Positions 1-8,556 of a stretch of 64,000 bases of DNA are shown here, one piece after another. Position 1 is the first letter of the stretch, and each line of letters begins with the position of its first letter. Source of the stretch: a virus (taxonomy: Duplodnaviria; Caudoviricetes). The notes below the pieces were generated by a model. That model saw only the letters and a program-made list of their open reading frames with translations, was not told where the DNA came from and did no database searches. The stretch lies in the IMG/VR virus record IMGVR_UViG_2061766007_000705. One strand, written 5' to 3'. Both the position numbers and the translations under genes were made by a program.

Positions 1-300
1 CTTATTTTTTTTGCGGTCTCGATATGCTTTCTTATAGGCTTTAAGCAAATCTTTTATAGCTTGTTTTGTAATAGCCTCTGGTATCTCATTAAGCCAAACA
101 TAGTCTGAATTATTATGTTTTAAATCTTGTAAATGTTTCATCAAGTCAGACATAGATGCATATCGTCTTTCTTCTTTCCATACCTTATCATAGAAAGTTT
201 TACTTTCATTCCAAGCAAAGCGATTTGCATCTGTAAAACGGAAAAAATCTGCTATTTGTTCTTTATTTGGTTGTAATCTTACCACTTTTCCTATTAGCAT
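1..300 (-). CDS. tnpB: TnpB-family RNA-guided nuclease, N-terminal part (runs off the window)
   Basis: Not in the ORF track. Manual translation from ATG at 300 gives MLIGKVVRLQPNKEQIADFFRFTDANRFAWNE...VWLNEIPEAITKQAIKDLLKAY, the typical TnpB/OrfB N-terminus. No tnpA lies upstream. Confidence 0.85.
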   Translation of the reverse strand, partial: MLIGKVVRLQPNKEQIADFFRFTDANRFAWNESKTFYDKVWKEERRYASMSDLMKHLQDLKHNNSDYVWLNEIPEAITKQAIKDLLKAYKKAYRDRKKNK

Positions 301-385
301 TTCAATTTCCTTTATTAGTATTCTACAAATTGTAAAATCCATAACAAATTTAACTTTTTATAAATTTTCGGTTACCTATTTTGAT

Positions 386-423
386 AAAATGGGAGTTTAT
401 CATAAAGACTCACTCCCATTTTT
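386..423 (-). terminator. Intrinsic terminator after the Sak4-like gene
   Basis: Stem AAAATGGGAGT / ACTCCCATTTT with A/T tracts. Confidence 0.7.
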
Positions 424-440
424 AATTTATATAAGACTAA

Positions 441-1550
441 TTATTTTAATACTTCCATATACTTTTCAAGAGTTTCCATAGGGAAGTCTGCTACATTCTT
501 ATACATATCTGGTGTAATACTATATTCTTCATTAATAGTCTTAATCATACCCAACTTTTCAGATGTAAGAGACTTAGCCTTAGATTGGAAAATTTCAAGC
601 ATTTCTTTCTTCTTACTGATTTCTTCTTCAGCAGTCTTCTTTGCCTTTTCAACCTTCTGAGCCTTTTCAACGTTTGTTTCACGTTCCTTATTTTCGTTGT
701 CTTGCATCTTCTTAATGTCCTTTTCAGAAACATTATCGGTCATCATAGAACCCTTTACACCCATTTCAAATGCACTCATAAATGAATCTGCTGAAAGAGG
801 GAGTTTTTCTGGAAGACCAGTGAATCTACCGCCTGCATCTACAAGACCATTGGACTGGAAATACATTACTCTACTGCTACCAATCTGTTTACCATCCTTA
901 ATGTCTCTTTCAATTACAATATTGACAATCATCTGACAAATATCAGCGATTGGGTTATAATAAGTGGTGAAAAGATTGTTAGTAACCTGTTCGTATTGCT
1001 CACCAGTAACTGGGTCAGTCTTATCCTTATTCTTTGTATGTGCGAGAATGAATACTGCATAACCAACTGAACGAAGTCTACCAACTTGTTCAAGTATAAG
1101 TTCTACAATCTTACGTCCAGCTGCCCCGTAACCCCCAAGGGCTGAATTAACCGATTCAGGATACGAACCCTTAAGTTTTCTATGAAGTTCAAATACTTCT
1201 TTTGTAGCAACTTCAACAACCTTATCAAGAGTATCAAGGCAAACCATTTCAATACCATACTCTGCTTTGTTCTCTACAAGGTCATCTACAATCTGTACAA
1301 AACCACGATTGCCGTCTTCATCTTCTTCAGCATCCCATTCAGTTACCTTTTCAAACTGTAACTTATCGAGAGCGAGATAACCTTCCTCATCTGCGAAAGA
1401 AAGGAGAAGACCTTTCTCTTCATTGCCATCAAAATTCTTTAATACAAGGTCTCTAAAAAGAGTTGACTTACCACTCTTAGGTTGTCCCATAATCAGATAT
1501 GGTGGATAACTTCTTAAATCTACCTTTACAACGTTTTTCTTAAAACCCAT
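441..1550 (-). CDS. AAA_24 / Sak4-like ATPase (single-strand annealing recombination protein)
   Basis: Walker A GQPKSGKST, Walker B CLDTLD, ILAH motif; adjacent to SSB-like gene. Confidence 0.8.
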   Translation of the reverse strand: MGFKKNVVKVDLRSYPPYLIMGQPKSGKSTLFRDLVLKNFDGNEEKGLLLSFADEEGYLALDKLQFEKVTEWDAEEDEDGNRGFVQIVDDLVENKAEYGIEMVCLDTLDKVVEVATKEVFELHRKLKGSYPESVNSALGGYGAAGRKIVELILEQVGRLRSVGYAVFILAHTKNKDKTDPVTGEQYEQVTNNLFTTYYNPIADICQMIVNIVIERDIKDGKQIGSSRVMYFQSNGLVDAGGRFTGLPEKLPLSADSFMSAFEMGVKGSMMTDNVSEKDIKKMQDNENKERETNVEKAQKVEKAKKTAEEEISKKKEMLEIFQSKAKSLTSEKLGMIKTINEEYSITPDMYKNVADFPMETLEKYMEVLK

Positions 1551-1564
1551 AATCTCACCTTCCT

Positions 1565-2773
1565 TTAGTTAGCATCAAACAGGAAACTAAGGTCTACACC
1601 ATCTTCTGTTGTAGGTGCTGGAGTAGTTTCTTCCTTCTTTTCTTCCTTCTTTGGTGCTTCCTCTGTATTGTTAGTAGGAGTATCATCGTTATCAATTACA
1701 TCACTGTACATAACAACTTCATCCATCTTGTACTTTTCTGGAGTGTAGTTAATGCGAACATCAACACCACCATCTTCCTTAACACTCTTGGTCGTTGAAG
1801 GTCTTACCCAAATCATTCTCTTTTCACGAGTTCCAGTGATTACACTCTTTGCAATCGCTTCATCTTCGGTAATAACACCCATATTCACAAGGTCTCTCAT
1901 ATTATCAGGAAGGTCATCTACAGTCATAGATGATGTCTGCACACCCTCACAAAGTTCTCCTTCTACTACGAGTTCTGAATACCAATTCTTTTTACCAGTA
2001 AAGAAAGACTTAATCTGTAACTTTAACTGTTCTTCAGTATATCTACCAAGGTCAATATCAAATGACTTTGGATAAGCAACATTCTGCTTAATTTCCTTAC
2101 CATCATACTTACCAAGATAGTCTACCACATAACCATATACAGTAAGACAATTCTTTTCTGTATCCTTCTTCTTAGAAAGTGAATCAGTCGTGAGAAGGAA
2201 TGACTGTGTAAATGAAGACTTAAAGTTCTCTGCTGGTGTATCAGATGCCATAGCATATACGGATGTAATCTTCTTTCTTGTCTGTACTTCGTCATTGTAA
2301 ATAGAATATTCAAGATTACCACTTACACGAACAATCATATCATTCTGAAGATTTTCATTGAGATAGGCAATAGCATCGTAAGATGATAAAAACTTTTCTG
2401 TTACATACTTATCATCCTTATCTTTAACTAAAGAAATCTTAATAAAACAATTTTCACCAATGTCTTCAAGAACACTTGCATCGTTTCTATCAGCCCAATC
2501 AATAGTAAAACTGTTAGAATAATCATCCTTTACCTTTTCTCCGTCCATCTTCTTGCCGTGAACATAGATAGGATAATTCTTTTCTGGGTTGTAACCACCC
2601 ATCATTTCACCATAAACTACATTACCATTACCACAATCTACACCAATGTTTGCCTTGTTGTAAATGAAACCACTATCAGAAGTGTTATCAAGGCTGAAGG
2701 TATAATTGTTAATCTTGGCTCTACCTACAAGTGTAAAGTAAGAAGAACCCTTTTTCATAATGTTTTCTGACAT
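1565..2773 (-). CDS. Putative single-stranded DNA-binding protein (tandem OB folds, acidic tail)
   Basis: Beta-rich, VRVSGNLEY motif, acidic C-terminus ending DLSFLFDAN; paired with Sak4-like ATPase. Confidence 0.65.
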   Translation of the reverse strand: MSENIMKKGSSYFTLVGRAKINNYTFSLDNTSDSGFIYNKANIGVDCGNGNVVYGEMMGGYNPEKNYPIYVHGKKMDGEKVKDDYSNSFTIDWADRNDASVLEDIGENCFIKISLVKDKDDKYVTEKFLSSYDAIAYLNENLQNDMIVRVSGNLEYSIYNDEVQTRKKITSVYAMASDTPAENFKSSFTQSFLLTTDSLSKKKDTEKNCLTVYGYVVDYLGKYDGKEIKQNVAYPKSFDIDLGRYTEEQLKLQIKSFFTGKKNWYSELVVEGELCEGVQTSSMTVDDLPDNMRDLVNMGVITEDEAIAKSVITGTREKRMIWVRPSTTKSVKEDGGVDVRINYTPEKYKMDEVVMYSDVIDNDDTPTNNTEEAPKKEEKKEETTPAPTTEDGVDLSFLFDAN

Positions 2774-2827
2774 AACTTTTTAATCCTTTCTTTGAATTTT
2801 AAATAATTGATTTATTTCAATAAACAT

Positions 2828-2856
2828 ATTATAACATAAAGAATATCAAAAGTCAA
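2828..2856 (-). promoter_or_regulatory. SigA-type promoter for the SSB/Sak4 operon
   Basis: TTGACT-N17-TATAAT with extended -10 TG. Confidence 0.85.
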
Positions 2857-2932
2857 GTAACTTTTAGCAAAATTTTCTATTTTTTTATAATATTTCTAAA
2901 AATTAACACAATTTTTGACGCATAAAAAATAT

Positions 2933-3028
2933 GTTCAATATGTAGTACTAGATGTTGTATATATATTTTATCACACCACTATATATGGTATGTTTTTTCC
3001 AAAAAATGCATATAAAAATCGAATTTTA
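2933..3028. promoter_or_regulatory. Composite element copy 1: NrdR-box-like palindromes plus TAAAAA-TCGA-ATTTTA inverted repeat
   Basis: Boxes at 2945-2960 and 2976-2991 (31 bp apart), an extra overlapping box at 2933-2948, inverted repeat at 3013-3028. Confidence 0.7.
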
Positions 3029-3035
3029 TTTCAGA

Positions 3036-3332
3036 CTATTTAATTATATACTTCTCTATTATTTCCATCGCTCTTCCTAAGCCAAATTCAAATTTATTAT
3101 CAGGCGATTCATCCTTGTCATCAATTCCTAATATATGATGCTTGTATAAATCAAAATCTTCCTGAACTGCTTTTACCTCTTCTTCAATATCGAAAATAAT
3201 CTCACGAAGTATTCTTGATACAATCTGTGGAGTATTATCATAGTTCATTTTACATACTGCAACAGTATCTAATGATTCATCTATTTCTTTAATTGTATCT
3301 TCGTACAAAAGGGTCAAATTTCCAATCTGCAT
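3036..3332 (-). CDS. Hypothetical protein
   Basis: ORF in tightly packed small-gene array. Confidence 0.6.
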   Translation of the reverse strand: MQIGNLTLLYEDTIKEIDESLDTVAVCKMNYDNTPQIVSRILREIIFDIEEEVKAVQEDFDLYKHHILGIDDKDESPDNKFEFGLGRAMEIIEKYIIK

Positions 3333-3492
3333 TATGGTATTCTAGGTATTCTACTTCATCCAACAGTTCAAGTATAAGGTCATGCTCTTCATAAAGTAAT
3401 TGATTAGTACGATTAAGTTCTAAAGACCTTTTAACTCTATCTAATTTTTCAATCTGTCTTTCACAATGTTTTCGTAAATCTTCTCTCGTCAT
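3289..3492 (-). CDS. Hypothetical protein (likely start MTREDL)
   Basis: RBS AGAAAGGA before ATG at 3492. Confidence 0.65.
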   Translation of the reverse strand: MTREDLRKHCERQIEKLDRVKRSLELNRTNQLLYEEHDLILELLDEVEYLEYHNADWKFDPFVRRYN

Positions 3493-3493
3493 T

Positions 3494-3697
3494 TTATTTT
3501 CCTTTCTGATAGGGATTATCCCAAAAGTCATATTCAATTGTCATCATACGACCATCCCTATTTTCACCTATTACATCAATCCAATATACACCGTCATTAT
3601 CATCGTATTGGTCAAGATTAAAAGATAAATATGGAAAAACAGCTAAAAGTATATCTTTATTAGTTGGATTATCTGGTACATTAATCGTTAATTGCAT
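3494..3697 (-). CDS. Hypothetical protein (P-x-x-x-TN...W-x-N-x-x-Y small domain)
   Basis: RBS GAGGA; resembles the C-terminus of 7188..7712. Confidence 0.65.
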   Translation of the reverse strand: MQLTINVPDNPTNKDILLAVFPYLSFNLDQYDDNDGVYWIDVIGENRDGRMMTIEYDFWDNPYQKGK

Positions 3698-3863
3698 TTT
3701 GATTCCTCTTTTCATTTATATTAGGTAATGTGCTACTATCCCATAATTCTAAATTTTCTTCAAGGGTTTTATTTTCTTTCTCAGACATAATGGAAAATAT
3801 TGACATCGCTTCTCTAAATTCAGAACTTGCTTCACATATTATTTTAAATAATTCTTTATTCAT
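3681..3863 (-). CDS. Hypothetical protein
   Basis: ORF with GGGAG RBS. Confidence 0.55.
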   Translation of the reverse strand: MNKELFKIICEASSEFREAMSIFSIMSEKENKTLEENLELWDSSTLPNINEKRNQNAIND

Positions 3864-3878
3864 TTTAAAATCTCCCTA

Positions 3879-4316
3879 TTAAATATCACCAGGTATATAG
3901 CCTAAATATTCATATTCGTCTAGCCCATAAGTATACACATCTAATCCAATATAATTATATTGTTTTTTAAACTCTGCTTGATTTCTGTTAATAAACTCCC
4001 AATACTGATGTTTTGTAACCAATCCATCGGTACTCAAACTCAATCTATTACCAATAACTTCTGCATAGTTTATTTGTTTTTCTGTTGGTCTTAATTCCTT
4101 TGGAAGTTTCCACTCTATATCATCTTTATCGTAATCACTCTCATCAAAATCTTGACAAGATTCTGATTCTACTGTGCACTTTATCTTACACTCACTACAA
4201 CTATATCGAGTGAGTTTTGCAATATATGATTCTGTCCAAAATCCATCGTCTATTCTCGTTCTATCAACATACTTACTAGACTTTTTCATTTCCTTACTAC
4301 AATTAGGACACTTCAT
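3879..4316 (-). CDS. Hypothetical zinc-ribbon protein
   Basis: CPNC...CSEC; PTEKQINYA motif. Confidence 0.7.
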   Translation of the reverse strand: MKCPNCSKEMKKSSKYVDRTRIDDGFWTESYIAKLTRYSCSECKIKCTVESESCQDFDESDYDKDDIEWKLPKELRPTEKQINYAEVIGNRLSLSTDGLVTKHQYWEFINRNQAEFKKQYNYIGLDVYTYGLDEYEYLGYIPGDI

Positions 4317-4380
4317 TTGTTATCATTCCTTCCTACTATACTTTCATCTTACTATCATCTTTCTCTATTAATCTTGTAAT

Positions 4381-4551
4381 TTAGTCATTATCGTCATCAG
4401 CATATTCCACACTATCAAAAGCATTTTTGCCCCATTCTAGAAGTCTCTCAAACTCTTCTTCTGTGAAACCCCACATATTGCACAGTTCACCAAGACTATC
4501 TCTTCGACATTCTTCGTTGATTGCGTAAACTATTTTTTCGCCTTTAGTCAT
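4381..4551 (-). CDS. Hypothetical protein (likely start MTKGEK)
   Basis: RBS AAGGAG before ATG at 4551. Confidence 0.6.
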   Translation of the reverse strand: MTKGEKIVYAINEECRRDSLGELCNMWGFTEEEFERLLEWGKNAFDSVEYADDDND

Positions 4552-4552
4552 T

Positions 4553-4981
4553 TTATATCTCTCCTTCTTCCATTTCTTTATCAAATAAGATTTCATCAAT
4601 TACACCAATAGCGTCATAAATATCTTCATAGTTAATTTTATAACCACCTAAATCATATGAGTCAAAATTAAAATTTTCTTTATTCTGAAATAATCTAAAT
4701 ATTATATTAAGAACTTTTTTCTCTGCACACATTATAGCAAGATGCTTACCTTCCCATAAGTAATTTCCGTAAAAGTCTCTTTCATTGAATGCACTCTTAT
4801 ATTTTAGATAATCAGATAAGCACTCTACAATAGTTGCTTCGAAAATTGTCGTTCTATCAAATTTACCTAAATACTCTCTTACTCGTTTATCGTTTTTAAA
4901 CTCATCTATTTCTTTTAAACATTTTTCTTTGAGTTGTGTTACTAATTCTTCTCTTTGCGTATCATAATTAATCATAGGCAA
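4553..4981 (-). CDS. Hypothetical protein
   Basis: ORF in array. Confidence 0.65.
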   Translation of the reverse strand: MPMINYDTQREELVTQLKEKCLKEIDEFKNDKRVREYLGKFDRTTIFEATIVECLSDYLKYKSAFNERDFYGNYLWEGKHLAIMCAEKKVLNIIFRLFQNKENFNFDSYDLGGYKINYEDIYDAIGVIDEILFDKEMEEGEI

Positions 4982-5213
4982 TATTATTTTTTACTGTAAG
5001 TGTTGCATCAACTAAATTAACTGCCGTATTTGCATACATCCAATCAGTACAACCAGTATCTAATTTAACAACAAGTATTAATTTATTATCCTCTCTGTCA
5101 AAATCATCTTCGTTTGTTACAACATAAAAAGCATCATTAGTTTCTATAATCTGTCCTGCTTCTGCATTTCCTAATTTACAAGCATACACTTTTCTTTCAT
5201 CCTTTATCTTCAT
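4968..5213 (-). CDS. Hypothetical protein (likely start MKIKDE)
   Basis: RBS GGAAAGGA before ATG at 5213. Confidence 0.65.
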   Translation of the reverse strand: MKIKDERKVYACKLGNAEAGQIIETNDAFYVVTNEDDFDREDNKLILVVKLDTGCTDWMYANTAVNLVDATLTVKNNIAYD

Positions 5214-5302
5214 ACTTTTTTCCTTTCCTATTCTGTTTACAACACTCAGATAAACCACAACCAGTTTTATTTTGAAGTTCTTTGACTTCTTGAATTAATC
5301 TA

Positions 5303-5782
5303 TTACTGTCCATCTACCGTCCATTTTTGAAGTTCATAATCCCATTCAAACTTTATAAGTTTTCCCTTACCACCGTAAACATAAAATAAGTCGAATTCAC
5401 CAGTTTCAATAAAAGAATGAATTGCTGATAAATTTAATTCAATTAGCCTAGAACGTTCAATTAACCTTTCCCTATCTGATTGTTTACTTTTATTAATACC
5501 TATTTTATTAAATCTTTCATAATCATCTTTATCAAGATTACGAGCAGACATTTTAGAAGAATGTATTACAGCTCTAAAATCATGGAAAAAAGTCATAGGA
5601 ACACTTGCAAGTTGAATATTGGTATTATTTTTCTTTGCTTCTTTACAAAGTTCGTAAAACATTTCTTCAAGTTCATATAAAAGGTCAAAATATCCTTTAT
5701 AGTATCTTAGATTAGTTTCAAAATCAAGTCTAAAAGGATTTTCTTTTATTCTATCATGAATTTCTAACATTTTTTCATACAT
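5303..5782 (-). CDS. Hypothetical protein
   Basis: ORF with GAGG RBS. Confidence 0.7.
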   Translation of the reverse strand: MYEKMLEIHDRIKENPFRLDFETNLRYYKGYFDLLYELEEMFYELCKEAKKNNTNIQLASVPMTFFHDFRAVIHSSKMSARNLDKDDYERFNKIGINKSKQSDRERLIERSRLIELNLSAIHSFIETGEFDLFYVYGGKGKLIKFEWDYELQKWTVDGQ

Positions 5783-5801
5783 AATTATACCTCATTCTTT
5801 A

Positions 5802-5990
5802 CTATGCCATATAATAACCTTTAACTTTTGACTGTTCCCATTCATCAATCGTAAATATTCTGTTAATCTGTTCTTTTTGTCCATAACAATCAACAATAGC
5901 TTTTACTCGATAATACTCTCGCCCATTTTCGGGATTTTGGATTTTCTGTTCGCTTATTACCTCATCAATATAATGTTCTAATAGATTCAT
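5802..5990 (-). CDS. Hypothetical protein
   Basis: ORF with GAGG RBS. Confidence 0.65.
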   Translation of the reverse strand: MNLLEHYIDEVISEQKIQNPENGREYYRVKAIVDCYGQKEQINRIFTIDEWEQSKVKGYYMA

Positions 5991-5996
5991 GTTTCC

Positions 5997-6164
5997 TCAC
6001 TTCCCTCGCATCTCACTTTCAAGTTTATATTTATATTCAGTAAGTGCTTTTTTGACTACATTCTTCTCTTCGTCATACATTAACATGGGTGTTTTCACAT
6101 TTTTAATTACACCCAATACCATATCTACAAATATCAACTCTTTTTCAATTTCTTCTCTGGTCAT
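5997..6164 (-). CDS. Hypothetical 55-aa protein (not in ORF track)
   Basis: MTREEIEKELIFVDMVLG...ESEMRGK*; fills a gap in the array, RBS present. Confidence 0.6.
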   Translation of the reverse strand: MTREEIEKELIFVDMVLGVIKNVKTPMLMYDEEKNVVKKALTEYKYKLESEMRGK

Positions 6165-6167
6165 TCC

Positions 6168-6341
6168 TTACCCCCTCGATTCTGCTTTATCTGCAATTGC
6201 TTTGTTCATAGCATCTTCTATTGCTTTTATTCTATCTGAATTACCACCCATAAAAATAGCCACTCTTTTTACATCACATATAGCCATTTCTTTTATTTCT
6301 TCCTCATTCCGACAAGCGGAGTACTTTTCATAGTACGTCAT
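6168..6341 (-). CDS. Hypothetical 57-aa protein (not in ORF track)
   Basis: MTYYEKYSACRNEEEIKE...DKAESRG*; ATGA overlap with the upstream stop. Confidence 0.6.
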   Translation of the reverse strand: MTYYEKYSACRNEEEIKEMAICDVKRVAIFMGGNSDRIKAIEDAMNKAIADKAESRG

Positions 6342-6523
6342 TCATTACCTTCACTTTCTATTAATGGGCAATTTACAGAATTATAACCCAAAGGACAAGA
6401 TATTTTAATATCTACGTATTGATATGTGCTAAAATAACTTTCTTGAGATATTGGACATTTCTTACAATCTCCACATTTAAAATCATTTGGTACATTAAGT
6501 AATACATTTAATCTGACTTTCAT
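6338..6523 (-). CDS. Small Cys-rich hypothetical protein
   Basis: CGDCKKCP...CPL...CPL. Confidence 0.65.
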   Translation of the reverse strand: MKVRLNVLLNVPNDFKCGDCKKCPISQESYFSTYQYVDIKISCPLGYNSVNCPLIESEGNE

Positions 6524-6551
6524 TCTAATCCCTCACTTTCTGCCTATCTGC

Positions 6552-6824
6552 CTATCTGCTAACAACCTTAATTAGGTCGAACAGTTCCTTCGCCTTATCA
6601 TTGGGTACAAGTCCAATTTCTTCCTCATCAGCATATACAAGTTGATAGTTCTGTGTTACAAGGTCGCAAACTTCAATTTCTGACATAACTGCCAACTCTT
6701 CAGCAGATGCTAATTCATCATCTAAAGCTATTTTCCTTATTCCTCTGCACATTCCGAGGTAATTTAATTTACTTGCTAATTCTCTTCCATCCATATTAGT
6801 CCTCATTTTCCAATTTCCACCCAT
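6552..6824 (-). CDS. Hypothetical protein
   Basis: ORF in array; true start probably a downstream Met. Confidence 0.6.
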   Translation of the reverse strand: MGGNWKMRTNMDGRELASKLNYLGMCRGIRKIALDDELASAEELAVMSEIEVCDLVTQNYQLVYADEEEIGLVPNDKAKELFDLIKVVSR

Positions 6825-7191
6825 AATGCTTGGCTACTTTTTTGAACTGTTCAATGTGATAGTATCCATCTTCGCCATCAAGATTCAGTCCGTTTTCCAA
6901 AACCTTACACCAAGAGTTTACGACCATTGCCATTAATTCTGACGAAATACCTCTTTCATCAACCGCTTTTTCATATCCGAATTCAACGTCCGATTTCAAC
7001 TGTGCGATGATATTTTCTTCCGTCCATTCTTTTGGAACTGGTGGTTCTTCTCCTTCTGTCAATTTAAATCCGTACTCTTCCCATTCAGTATACGGTAAAA
7101 AATTCAAGAATCTTTTCGTCCATCTTCTGTCAAGAAAAATATCTTCTTCAAATTCATCGTGATGTTCTTTTACATATTCTAATGTTTTCAT
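6796..7191 (-). CDS. Hypothetical protein
   Basis: ORF in array, ATGA-coupled to upstream gene. Confidence 0.7.
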   Translation of the reverse strand: MKTLEYVKEHHDEFEEDIFLDRRWTKRFLNFLPYTEWEEYGFKLTEGEEPPVPKEWTEENIIAQLKSDVEFGYEKAVDERGISSELMAMVVNSWCKVLENGLNLDGEDGYYHIEQFKKVAKHYGWKLENED

Positions 7192-7712
7192 TCTGTTTCC
7201 TCGCTTTCCTTATATGATGTATTCATCCACCTATCAGTAACCTTAAATACTATTGTGCCATCTTTACCATGAATATCGACACAGTTTTTATCTATATCTA
7301 AGATAATATTTAAGACTTCTCCATTCGTGGCACCCTCAGGGATGGTTATTGTGTTTTCTATAGGAGCATTCTCCACTGACATCTTACATAATTCATCCAT
7401 TAAATTATTAATAAACTCAGAAGCATTTTCTTTCCAATGAATTATCGTTGTATCTTTGTCTCTCCTTACACAAATTCCTACTTTATCATTAAAAGTATCT
7501 TTATTAATGATAAGATGAAATAACGCCCTATCTACATTATATTCCATATCAAACCACGTATATGTATTTTCAATGTTAATACTGTCCATATCGTTAAGAT
7601 ATTCTAATACAGTATCAAGTTTTTCTTTTACACCATTATCAAAAACAACATATTTAGTTGTGACAGTTTCTTCAATTATCTTCATTATTTGTTTCCTTTC
7701 TGATTCTTTCAA
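7188..7712 (-). CDS. Hypothetical protein
   Basis: ORF in array; start probably 7685. Confidence 0.65.
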   Translation of the reverse strand: MKESERKQIMKIIEETVTTKYVVFDNGVKEKLDTVLEYLNDMDSINIENTYTWFDMEYNVDRALFHLIINKDTFNDKVGICVRRDKDTTIIHWKENASEFINNLMDELCKMSVENAPIENTITIPEGATNGEVLNIILDIDKNCVDIHGKDGTIVFKVTDRWMNTSYKESEETE

Positions 7713-7905
7713 CTAAATCAGTGAAAGCCACTGTTTCGAAAAAATTACCAATTATACCACCACTATTAAGTGTATCGTACTTGATTAAAAATCCATCAAC
7801 ATATTCAGCACCCAAATTTTCTTCTACCCATTTAGCACCATTACTTCTTAAATTTGTTTCTTTACACTCTTCTTTACACTTAAAAATACGACTTAAAATC
7901 TGCAT
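7672..7905 (-). CDS. Hypothetical protein
   Basis: GGGGAG RBS. Confidence 0.6.
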   Translation of the reverse strand: MQILSRIFKCKEECKETNLRSNGAKWVEENLGAEYVDGFLIKYDTLNSGGIIGNFFETVAFTDLVERIRKETNNEDN

Positions 7906-7917
7906 TTTATTCTCCCC

Positions 7918-8334
7918 CTAAATACAATGTTTGCAATCATATTCATCTGCTCTCATCCAAACGTTGAAATACTTACAGTAAAAATCACTATAACCGCTAT
8001 ATCCTTCAGCATTCCTACATCTTGAACATGATGATTCATCCTTCGACTTGTCAACTATATCTTCAAATTCTAAAGTTGTTGTTCTTATTACTTTAATTAA
8101 ACGAAAAGAACCTTTTTCATACTTAGTTAAACCTTGTATGATTTCTTCAGCAAAATCCTTATCCAGATATAATCGGATTTTATTTACATCCGTTCCATAA
8201 CTTGGTCTATTAACTCTTATTACACTTTCTTTGTCTAATCCATATGCATTATATGAATAAAGATATTTATTCGTGTCTGTGTTAAGTATACAATAATTTA
8301 TTTCTTCCTTAACAATTGTTGTGTTATTCTTCAT
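7918..8334 (-). CDS. Hypothetical protein with C-terminal Cys cluster (first gene of the array)
   Basis: RBS GGAAAGGA before MKNNTT; CSRC...C...CKHC. Confidence 0.65.
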   Translation of the reverse strand: MKNNTTIVKEEINYCILNTDTNKYLYSYNAYGLDKESVIRVNRPSYGTDVNKIRLYLDKDFAEEIIQGLTKYEKGSFRLIKVIRTTTLEFEDIVDKSKDESSCSRCRNAEGYSGYSDFYCKYFNVWMRADEYDCKHCI

Positions 8335-8385
8335 ATCTGTTTTCCTTTCCATATAAAATGATTGCTTTATTTTTAACTTACACAT

Positions 8386-8414
8386 ATTATAACTCAAAAC
8401 AAACTGTTTGTCAA
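8386..8414 (-). promoter_or_regulatory. SigA promoter driving the small-gene array
   Basis: TTGACA-N17-TATAAT, perfect consensus. Confidence 0.85.
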
Positions 8415-8474
8415 TAGGGTTTCGTCTTAAAATAAAAAATTTTTTAAAAAAGTTGCAAAAATATGCTAACCCAC

Positions 8475-8503
8475 TTGCAACATAAATATAAATATGTTAT
8501 AAT
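8475..8503 (+). promoter_or_regulatory. SigA promoter for dUTPase (divergent)
   Basis: TTGCAA-N17-TATAAT with extended -10 TG. Confidence 0.8.
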
Positions 8504-8556
8504 ATGGTAGTAAATAGGCACATAGCCAAATATCAAAATAAAGAAAGGATTAAAAT

